NCBI GenBank assembly: GCA_950097015.1
Contig: CATNEN010000026.1
Span: 1,612,001 to 1,676,000, forward strand
DNA from: Macrostomum hystrix
Lineage: Eukaryota; Animalia; Platyhelminthes
Reading direction: 5' to 3'
DNA length: 64,000 bases
The first letter of the stretch is position 1. Each line of letters starts with the position of its first letter. The notes beneath the pieces were generated by a model. That model was not told where the DNA came from, made no database searches, and worked only from the letters and a program-made list of their open reading frames with translations. Shown piece by piece: positions 37,124 through 49,100 of the stretch. The translations under genes were made by a program, and so were the position numbers.

Positions 37124-40100
37124 ATGGCAAAAGCGGCTGTTATATTATCGGCTGCTTGCTTCTGGCTCTGCTGCATACTGACTGCAGCTGCAGCTGATCT
37201 GTGAGTTTTCAGCGCTTCCTAATGCACCTGTTTTTCATTGTTCTGCTGCAAACAATGCCCTTTCTCTGGAACAGTAGCTAGAACAGTATCTAGAACAGTA
37301 GCTAGAACAGCAGCTAGAACAGCAGCTAGAACAGTAGCTAGAACAGTAGCTAGAACAGTATCTAGAACAGTAGCTAGAACAGCAGCTAGAACAGCAGCTA
37401 GAACAGTAGCTAGAACAGTAGCTAGAACAGCAGCTAGAACAGTAGCTAGAACAGCAGCTAGAACAGTATCTAGAACAGTAGCTAGAACAGTATCTAGAAC
37501 AGTAGCCAGAACAGTATCTAGAACAGTCGCTAGAACAGTATCTAGAACAGTAGCTAGAACAGTATCTAGAACAGTAGCTAGAACAGTAGCTAGAACAGAA
37601 GCCAGAACAGTAGCTAGAACAGTAGCTAGAACAGTAGCTAGAACAGTATCTAGAACAGTAGCTAGAACAGAAGCCAGAACAGTAGCCAGAACAGTAGCCA
37701 GAACAGTCGCTAGAACAGTAGCTAGAACAGTAGCTAGAACAGTATCTAGAACAGTAGCCAGAACATTAGCTAGAACAGTAGCTAGAACAGTATCTAGAAC
37801 AGTAGCCAGAACAGTAGCTAGAACAGTAGCTAGAACAGTAGCCAGAACAGTAGCTAGAACAGTAGCCAGAACAGTAGCTAGAACAGTAGCTAGAACAGTA
37901 GCTAGAACAGTAGCTAGAACAGTAGCCAGAACAGTAGCTAGAACAGTAGCTAGAACAGTAGCCAGAACAGTGGCTAGAACAGTATCTAGAACAGTAGCTA
38001 GAACAGTATCCAGAACAGTAGCCAGAACAGTAGCCAGAACAGTCGCTAGAACAGTAGCTAGAACAGTAGCTAGAACAGTATCTAGAACAGTAGCCAGAAC
38101 ATTAGCTAGAACAGTAGCTAGAACAGTATCTAGAACAGTAGCTAGAACAGTAGCTAGAATCGCAGCTAGAACAGTAGCTAGAACAGTAGCTAGAACAGTA
38201 GCCAGAACAGTCGCTAGAACAGTAGCTAAAACAGTAGCCAGAACAGTAGCCAAAACAGTAGCCAGAACACTAGCCAGAACAGTAGCCAGAACAGTAGCTA
38301 GAACAGTATCTAGAACAGTAGCTAGAACAGTAGCTAGAACAGTATCTAGAACAGTAGCCAGAACAGTAGCTAGAACAGCAGCTAAAACAGTATCTAGAAC
38401 AGTAGCTAGAACAGTATCTAGAACAGTAGCCAGAAGAGTATCTAGAACAGTCGCTAGAACAGTATCTAGAACAGTAGCTAGAACAGTAGCTAGAACAGTA
38501 GCCAGAACAGTAGCTAGAACAGTAGCTAGAACAGTAGCCAGAACAGTAGCTAGAACAGTAGCTAGAACAGTATCTAGAACAGTAGCTAGAACAGTATCTA
38601 GAACAGTAGCTAGAACAGTATCTAGAACAGTAGCTAGAACAGTAGCTAGAACAGAAGCCAGAACAGTAGCTAGAACAGTAGCTAGAACAGTAGCTAGAAC
38701 AGTAGCTAGAACAGTATCTAGAACAGTAGCTAGAACAGTATCTAGAACAGTAGCTAGAACAGTATCTAGAACAGTAGCTAGAACAGTAGCTAGAACAGAA
38801 GCCAGAACAGTAGCTAGAACAGTAGCTAGAACAGTAGCTAGAACAGTATCTAGAACAGTAGCTAGAACAGTATCCAGAACAGTAGCCAGAACAGTAGCCA
38901 GAACAGTCGCTAGAACAGTAGCTAGAACAGTAGCTAGAACAGTATCTAGAACAGTAGCCAGAACATTAGCTAGAACAGTAGCTAGAACAGTATCTAGAAC
39001 AGTAGCCAGAACAGTAGCTAGAACAGTAGCTAGAACAGTAGCCAGAACAGTAGCTAGAACAGTAGCCAGAACAGTAGCTAGAACAGTAGCTAGAACAGTA
39101 GCTAGAACAGTAGCTAGAACAGTAGCCAGAACAGTAGCTAGAACAGTAGCTAGAACAGTAGCCAGAACAGTGGCTAGAACAGTAGCTAGAACAGTAGCTA
39201 GAACACTGTGAAGCAGGTGACGATGTCTTTCAGAGAGGTCTTCTTATGTTTCCGGAAATTAAAAGATGATGTACTTGTAGTAGGCTAACTATTTCTCAAA
39301 TTTTAACTTTCTCAGGCCGAAAATATTTTCAAGCCAAGGCAATCTCTTCATTGTAGCGAAGAATGGCAAAAATATCGAATTCAAAACGAAAAACACCGGA
39401 CAAATTATAGTTGGTCCGCACAACCTGCTACAACTCGCCGACGAGGTGATTTTACCGGATATCTCTATTGGGGATCAGTCTGAAATGGGGATCAGTCTGA
39501 AATGGGGATCAGTCTGAAATGGGGATCAGTCTGAAATGGGGATCAGTCTGAAATGGGGATCAGTCTGAAATGGGGATCAGACTGAAATGGGGATCAGTCT
39601 GAAATGGGGATCAGTCTGAAATGGGGATCAGTCTGAAATGGGGATCAGTCTGAAATGGGGATCAGTCTGAAATGGGGATCAGACTGAAATGGGGATCAGT
39701 CTGAAATGGGGATCAGACTGAAATGGGGATCAGTCTGAAATGGGGATCAGTCTGAAATGGGGATCAGTCTGAAATGGGGATCAGTCTGAAATGGGGATCA
39801 GTCTGAAATGGGGATCAGTCTGAAATGGGGATCAGTCTGAAATGGGGATCAGACTGAAATGGGGATCAGTCTGAAATGGGGATCAGTCTGAAATGGGGAT
39901 CAGTCTGAAATGGGGATCAGTCTGAAATGGGGATCAGACTGAAATGGGGATCAGTCTGAAATGGGGATCAGTCTGAAATGGGGATCAGTCTGAAATGGGG
40001 ATCAGTCTGAAATGGGGATCAGACTGAAATGGGGATCAGTCTGAAATGGGATGGCAATGTCGGAATTCTTGAAACCCAAATGAAAATATCGGTTGAAATT

Positions 40101-43100
40101 TTACAGTTCTCATCCGTGTCGACCGGGCTGCAGAGCATTCGCGAGTCCTTGGATACCAACGTGAGCAGGGCGTTTGATCGCCTGCAAAGCTTGCAGACCT
40201 CGCTGCGATCGCACACAACCGAATTTCAGCGACTCGGACTCAGAAACCTGCCCCATCAAGTCACCAGGCTCAACAATCAACTGGCGTCTATGGCCAGCAA
40301 TGTTCATTACTTCAGAAACCAGGTGCGCAAAGTTCAGCCCAAGAAAAAAATGCTCGTTTTATTACTTACGCATTCCCCATATTACTTACACATTCCCCAT
40401 ATTACTTACACACTCCCCATATTACTTACACACTCCCCATATTACTTACACATTCCCCATATTACTTACACATTCCCCATATTACTTACACATTCCCCAT
40501 ATTACGTACACATTCCCCATATTACTTACACATTCCCCATATTACTTACACATTCCCCATATTACTTACACATTCCCCATATTACTTATACATTCCCCAT
40601 ATTACTTATACATTCCCCATATTACTTACACATTCCCCATATTACTTACACATTCCCCATATTACTTATACATTCCCCATATTACTTACACATTCCCCAT
40701 ATTACTTACACATTCCCCATATTACTTACACACTCCCCATATTACTTACACACTCCCCATATTACTTACACATTCCCCATATTACTTACACATTCCCCAT
40801 ATTACTTACACATTCCCCATATTACGTACACATTCCCCATATTACTTACACATTCCCCATATTACTTACACATTCCCCATATTACTTACACATTCCCCAT
40901 ATTACTTATACATTCCCCATATTACTTATACATTCCCCATATTACTTACACATTCCCCATATTACTTACACATTCCCCATATTACTTATACATTCCCCAT
41001 ATTACTTATACATTCCCCATATTACTTACACATTCCCCATATTACTTACACATTCCCCATATTACTTACACACTCCCAATATTACTTACACATTCCCAAT
41101 ATTACTTACACATTCCCCATATTACTTACACATTCCCCATATTACTTACACATTCCCCATATTACTTACACATTCCCCATATTACTTACACATTCCCCAT
41201 ATTACTTACACATTCCCCATATTACTTACACACTCCCAATATTACTTACACATTCCCCATATTACTTACACATTCCCCATATTACTTACACATTCCCCAT
41301 ATTACTTATACATTCCCCATATTACTTATACATTCCCCATATTACTTATACATTCCCCATATTACTTACACTATTTTTTAAGTAAAAAAATATTTTAACT
41401 ACTATTTTAAGTTATCATCCTTACCTATAATTTTAGCTTGGTGCCGCTGCAAGAAATGTGAATGCCATTCAAAGTCATGTAAGTTAGTTACGAGTACAAT
41501 CTTTCTTTTTTGTATTAAACAACGTATTGTGTTTTTAAGACACAAAATCATTATTCGACCATGATTTTTCTTTCCAGATCAGTCAACTTCAAAATGTAAG
41601 CGAACAAAAATATTTTTCCTTTGGCTTGTTGCAGTCATATTTTTTTTATAAAAGGCCCAATTAAATATGACCTAACAAATTATTTCTAACTGGCCATTGC
41701 AGGTAATCTCGTCAAATCCATGCGAAAGCAATCCCTGCCGCAACGGTGGCAACTGCCTCACTCATTACTCGTCTCGCGGTGGCGGCCAACAGCTTGTAGC
41801 CGAGCACCGATGCATCTGCAACGAGGCTTGGACCGTGAGTGACGCGCAAGCAATTTGGTCTCTTTTGATCGGGTAATTTCTAAGAAAGATGTTTGCTGCG
41901 CAAATCACGCCAGGGTCCGAACTGCACAGTGGACAAGGACGAGTGCCTGTACTTTCGTCGGTACAGCACAATATACGGTAAGAAGCATCCGCGAGACTGC
42001 GTCCACGGCAGCTGTGTGAATCAGTACGGCACCTACGACTGTCGCTGCGATGCCGGCTACTACGGTGTCAGGTGGGACCATGATGATGATAATAATAACA
42101 ATAATAATCATCATCATCATCATCATAATTGCATGAGGGCTGTAGGCAATAGCAAATTATTTGGTGGCACTAGATCCGGAGGAGGCAATTCTGCCCATTT
42201 CGTTGACTCTTTGACTTCGTTGACAGATACCGTACGCAGGCACACACTCAAACAGGTGTTTGCATCTGTCCTGATTTTCTCATTGTCAGCCCCTCAAGCC
42301 TTTTCTTGAATCTGAATGGGGCCTCGCCGCGGTAGTATCGAGCTCTGGGACCTTGGTGCCAGAGACGAACGCGTTAGACCGCTCAGCTACTCACCCCCTC
42401 AGGTGTGACCAGGTGCAGGACACGTGCGGCCGCGATGATTTCGCCATGTGCGGCAGCGGCGGTGTCTGCGTCTCCAAGGGTGCTAGTCACGTGTGCGTCT
42501 GTCACGACGGCTTCGAGAATGAGACGCCGGACCTGCGCAGCTCGAAGTGCGTCCGTAGAGCCTGCCAGAAGAGCACCTGCTGGCGCAAAGGCGAGGCCAG
42601 GGCGCTGTGCATTGAGAGGCCGGAGCCGCCCTATTACACCTGCCAGTGCCCGAGAGGTTTCCATGGCAACGGCGAGGACTGCGAAGACATCGACGAGTGC
42701 GCAGAATACGAGTCTAATGCCTGTCCAGCTGGTCGTTACTGCATAAACACGTTCGGTAGCTTCGAGTGCATCTGCAGCTACGGGTACAGAATTGACGCTA
42801 ACGGCAGCTGCGTCTTCATGGCCGGCTGCGCTTGGGATCCGTGTGGACCCTATCAGAAGTGCACCCCGCAGGGCCGATACAGCTACACCTGCCAGTGCAT
42901 GGAGGGCTGGACAGCCGGGGCCGGGGGCGGCTGCCAACTGACCAATCAGAGCGAGGCATTCAACAACTGTACCAGAACCGAAGCTTGCAACAATGGGACC
43001 TGCATGCCGGTGAGGACTGGTCACACTTGGGAAACAGGGGAGGGAAATGAAAGACACACTTAGGAGAGGGGAAGGAAATGAAAGGCACACCAGGGAACTG

Positions 43101-46100
43101 GGGAGGGAAATGAAAGACACACTTAGGAACAGGGGAGGGAAATGAAAAATGAAAGGAACCAGAAGTACAAGGATCTTCGAATGGAAGGTACATCCGCAAA
43201 TTGTTTCCATTTCGCGCTGACATCATCAGGACGACGATAACGGTTTCCGGTGCAGCTGCAAAACTGGCTACACGGGTACCCGGTGCCTGGAGCGTCTGCC
43301 CTGTCCGGACTCAAACTTCTGTCAGAACGGCGGGAGCTGCAGTTTCAACCAGTACGGCATGCAGTGCACCTGCCCTCCGGTTTACTCCGGTCGTCGGTGT
43401 CAGCGGCGGAACAATCCGTGCGGCGGTGTGCGCTCGGATTCCTCCGGTGTCATCAGGTTCGACCCCAGCGTCTATGGCGACCTGCACGACAGCTCGTGCC
43501 AGTGGGAAATCCGCGCCCCGCCGGAGTATGTGAGTACTCAATGATTCCCTTACTTCTAATCTCTGTCACTCAATGATTCCCTTATTTCTAATCTCTGTCA
43601 CTCAATGATTCCCTTATTTCTAATCTCTGTCACTCAATGATTCACTCATTTCTAATCTCTGTCACTCAATGATTCACTCATTTCTAATCTCTGTCACTCA
43701 ATGATTCCCTTATTTCTAATCTCTGTCACTCAATGATTCACTCATTTCTAATCTCTGTCACTCAATGATTCACTCATTTCTAATCTCTGTCACTCAATGA
43801 TTCACTCATTTCTAATATCTGTCACTCAATGATTCACTCATTTCTAATATCTGTCACTCAATGATTCACTCATTTCTAATCTCTGTCACTCAATGATTCA
43901 CTCATTTCTAATCTCTGTCACTCAATGATTCACTCATTTCTAATATCTGTCACTCAATGATTCACTCATTTCTAATATCTGTCACTCAATGATTCACTCA
44001 TTTCTAATATCTGTCACTCAATGATTCACTCATTTCTAATATCTGTCACTCAATGATTCACTCACCCTAACTGACAGAGCGTCACGCTGGTGTTCGTCAA
44101 GTTCAAACTGCGCCAGTCAACCAACTGCCAGGAGGAGTACATTCAAATTGACAACGCCAATAAGTACTGCAGCGTTAGATCTAATTTTGTCTACGAATCC
44201 CTGTTGAGCAACGTGAGCATCTACCTGAAGAAATACAGCATGCAGGACAATGTCACTGAGATTGTTGTTCAGTACTATTTAAGTGAGTCGTAATTTGTCA
44301 TCGCTTCTAGCTAGTTTTAAATTTCGTGTAGTTTACAGTGAGTACAACGTGAGTACAGTGAGTACAGTGAGTACAGTGCGTACAGTGAGTACAGTGAGTA
44401 CAATGGGCACAGTGAGTATAGTAAGTACAGTGAGTACAGTGAGTACAGTGAGTACAGTAAGTACAGTGAGTACAGTGAGTACAGTGAGTACAGTGAGTAC
44501 AGTGAGTACAGTGAGTACAGTGAGTACAGTGAGTACAGTGAGTACAGTGAGTACAGTGAGTACAGTGAGTACAGTGAGTACAGTGAGTACAGTAAGTACA
44601 GTGAGTACAGTGAGTACAGTGAGTACAGTGAGTACAGTGAGTACAGTGAGTACAGTGAGTACAGTGAGTACAGTGCAGTATATGCTGTGTCTGGGCATGC
44701 CATTTTAATTGCAGAATCGCCACCCCAGCTGGCCAAATGCACAGCCGGCAAGTTGGGCAACCTGGTTGCAAACTCTGGCTCACTTCGAATTCCAACCGAT
44801 AGCGGCGGTGACTGGCCTAGCAACAGCACAGCAACCTGCCGACTTAGACTATTCCTACCGGAGTTCGATTCTCGGTCGGAGACGATCTTTTCAATAACAG
44901 GACAACTCGACGACAGTGTGGCTTGTGGTGCTGCAGACAACAACGATATGCTGTCTGTAAGTTCGCGGCGCCAAATTCCAAAAAGCTTCTAAACCAGATT
45001 TCCTAAATTATTTTATTTCACAATCGAAACTTCCAAATTTTAGATCGCCTTCTACGCCAGCAACTCGGAGGGCGCACTGCCAGCTATGCTGCGCAGTAGC
45101 AACTCATGCGACCTACGCAAGCGGATCGCCATCGATGCTTCTGGAGTCTATTTTGAGGCTGTGCTGACTGCCCGCCTAGTTGCGGGCTCCGGGACAGTGT
45201 TTCAGATCGACTGGCGGCCAGCATGTGAGGGAACCGTTTTTTCTGATTAGGGAGGTTTAAGCTGTTGCTATTTTTAGAATGACGTCACATTAGTTAGGCT
45301 GAAAAACGCAAATTGGCTAATGAGGGTTAAGTTTCTTGTTGCTATTTTTAGAATGATGTCACACAAAAAATGCTTAGATAACAGCTCTCGATTTTAATTG
45401 GATTGATTCACCTACGTAGTTGCTATTTTTAGAAAACCAATTTGGGTTATCTCTTTTTAAATGACAATGTGCACGTGATATACCTCAGTCAATGATAATT
45501 TAGCGGCATAGTTTTTTTGCAAATCCGGTTTGTTTTTGGACAAAACCAAAAACAAAACCAAAAACAAAACATTTTAGCGCACTAAAATGAATGTCTGGAA
45601 ACTTTTACTTGTTGAGATTTACCTTGTCAAGTCTCATCCCTGGAAATCATGTTAGTAAAAAAGCCTAGCGTTTTGCTGCTTTTAGTCGATTGCTCGGCAT
45701 TCGACAGTGCGTCGAACGCGTCGCCACACGGAGTGCTGCACTTCACCGCTGCCACAGCGCACTGCGGCCAGACTATCAACTATCCGCTGCAGCTTCCGTT
45801 TGTGCTGAAGGTGCTACGAACTGATGGCGCCGCTGGGCGGTCATCAATCTGCTTGATGGTGAGTCACTTGTTATATAGCTGATGAGTCACTCCATTTTAA
45901 ACCGATGAGTTACTCACTCCTCAGAAAACTGATGAGTCACTCCTTAGAAAGCCAATGAAGTCACTTCTAAGAAAGCCGATCAGTTACTCCTAGGAACCGT
46001 TTGAAATAGCACACATTTGCTAGCTAATGCTTGGACAGGGAAATTAGCTGGAAATGACACCTTTTTAAGGACTTATTCTGGCCTAGAACAAGGCATTGGT

Positions 46101-49100
46101 GGCAGGAAACTGAGGCAGCGGATGTCAGAACCACACTGGATAAAATTGCGACAAAATATTTCCGACAGTTTTAATTAAAATTTTCTTCTGCCTGGCTTGT
46201 ATACAAAGTATTGGCGAAAAGATGCCTAAATGTACTTCTCTTATTCCTATCTTTATTCTAATGTCTACTGAACTAAGGTGCGCACCGCGGGACTATCCAG
46301 TCAGGAGCACCGACACTTTGGCTGCCACTCGCCCGGAGACACGATCGGCCCAATTTATCCCGTCATGCTCGGCAGCGGCGCCATCCGAGTCACCAGCTGG
46401 CGGTTTGACGGCAACTTCGAGGTCGAATGGTCACCGAGTGAGCCTCAATGGCTGTTTTTCTGAAGGGTTGGAGGAGGAGAGAGTGGCAGCCCATTATCAA
46501 CAGACTCGGGGAGGAGGAGGGGGAGAGTGGCAGCCCATTATCAACAGACTCGGGGAGGAGGAGGAGAGAGTGGCAGCTCATTATCAACAGACTCGGGGAG
46601 GAGGAGGGGAGAGTGGCAGCCCATTATCAACAGACTCGGGGAGGAGGAGGGGAGAGTGGCAGCCCATTATCAACAGACTCGGGGAGGAGGAGGGGAGAGT
46701 GGCAGCCGATTATCAACAGACTCGGGGAGGAGGAGGGGAAAGTGGCAGCCCATTATCAACAGACTCGGGGAGGAGGAGGGGAGAGTGGCAGCTCATTATC
46801 AATAGACTCGGGGAGGAGGAGGGGAGAGTGGCAGCCCATTATCAACAGACTCGGGGAGGAGGAGGGGAAAGTGGCAGCTCATTATCAACAGACTCGGGGA
46901 GGAGGAGGGGAGAGTGGCAGCCCATTATCAACAGACTCGGGGAGGAGAAGGGGGAGAGTGGCAGCTCATTCTCTTCATCGCTTCTCCAATCTGAAAATAT
47001 TTTTTCCAGTCAACTGTTCGTACACCATCAACGCTGTCAGCAGCGAGTGGGTGAGCCACAGTGCGCCAGAATGGACAGCCACCGTCGGTGATTCGCTAGA
47101 ACTGCTTCACTGCAGCTACCTGCTGCGAGCTGCTGATGGCATGCAGGTAGAAATCTCACTGCCACCGGTGGTCATCGAAGGAGCTTGCGAGGATAACTAC
47201 CTACAGGTGAGCAGCCATTTATAAGTAGCTACTTCTTTAAACTCAGAAACACACCAAGCTACAAATCTATCTAGCTACACATCTATCAAGCTACACATCT
47301 ATCAAGCTACACATCTATCTAGCTACACATCTATCAAGCTACACATCTATCTAGCTACACATCTATCAAGCTACACATCCATCAAGCTACAAATCTATCA
47401 AGCTACACATCTATCAAGCTACACATCTATCAAGCTACACATCCATCAAGCTACAAATCTATCAAGCTACAAATCTAACAAGCTACACATCTATCAAGCT
47501 ACACATCTATCTAGCTACACAATCTAGCTACACATCTATCTAGCTACACATCTATCTAGCTACACATCTACCAAGCTACACATCTATCAAGCTACACATC
47601 TACCAAGCTACACATCTATCAAGCTACACATCTATCAAGCTACACATCTATCTAGCTACACATCTATCTAGCTACACATCTATCAAGCTACACATCCATC
47701 AAGCTACACATCTATCAAGCTACACATCTATCTAGCTATACATCTATCTAGCTATACATCTATCTAGCTACACATCTACCAAGCTACACATCTATCAAGC
47801 TACACATCTACCAAGCTACACATCTATCTAGCTACACATCTATCAAGCTACACATCCATCAAGCTCCACATCCATCAAGCTACACATCTACCAAGCTACA
47901 CATCTACCAAGCTACACATCTACCAAGCTACACATCTATCTAGCTACACATCTATCAAGCTACACATCCATCAAGCTCCACATCTATCAAGCTACACATC
48001 TACCAAGCTACACATCTACCAAGCTACACATCTATCAAGCCGTTCTGTCTGCGGGTCGACTGCGCCAAAACAGCTGACAAAACCCTATAGAATAGTATAA
48101 TAAGGGGCATCAATTAAAAGACAGCTCATTAAGCGTGTAACATTAACAAGCAGAAGAACGAATTGAAAGGCGCATTTAAAAATCGATAACTTCGGTAATT
48201 TCAGCTCGGCCTGACAATCTTGAACAACACACGGACTGAGTACTTTCAGCACTATAAACTCTGCGGCATGGTTGAGGCTCTCAATATGACTACATCAATG
48301 TCTGGCCAGCTGTCTCTGGTGCTGCACGGACGGCCGAGATATATTTCCGGCTTCAACGGTTTCCGCTACCGTTTGCGGGGTAAGCGAAAGCCAGTTGCTT
48401 ACTTATAGGAACTTCTCCTGTCATAATCAATGACCTGTCATTATTGTCATTAGACAACTATGCAATTTTACAAGGTCAAGTCCATAAAGTACTTCAAATA
48501 TATTACGTACATCACCGATGCGTACACGATGTGTAAAAGTTTGTGTACTTTAGCAAGCCACTTAACTCAGGAATTTCCCCAGTCCATGGACTTAATAGCC
48601 GAACGCAGCCTTCAGATGCTCCGCGCAATAGCTGGAGGCTGTGCTGTCGGCTGCACATCTGGCCAAAATGGGGGCAGGTGCAACCAACTATAAGTATCAA
48701 TAATGATTAGGCATTTAGTGTGTTCGTACGGTTTAAATGTCTATGGTAAAAAGCTAGTCTAATGCATCTAGATTAGACTAGCTTTAGCGAATAGCGAATC
48801 CATACTGGTTAAAAAAATAAAACGATAAATATAACCAATACAAATATAATCAACTATGATAGCCGACATGGTTATATGATGAAATTTTGTGAGCAAAATA
48901 TTACCACCAGACAACCCGCCGAGAATCGTTGAATATCTCGACGATGCCGATGTTTTGAAATTCTGGAAGTTGTTTCATCGGATAAAGCGGTAAATTTTAG
49001 CCCGTGATCCAAAATTTCATCACGATTGGTTGAACATTTCAGGATAGAGACAGAAAAAACAAAAGTGTGGGTACTTGAAAACGTGGTCTTTGTACTGCTA

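Noticed and set aside
37219-41385. Long ORFs of 657, 344, 450 and 403 aa
   Set aside because: They are translations of 12-bp and 20-bp arrays within cubilin introns; only 40107-40322 is real exon.
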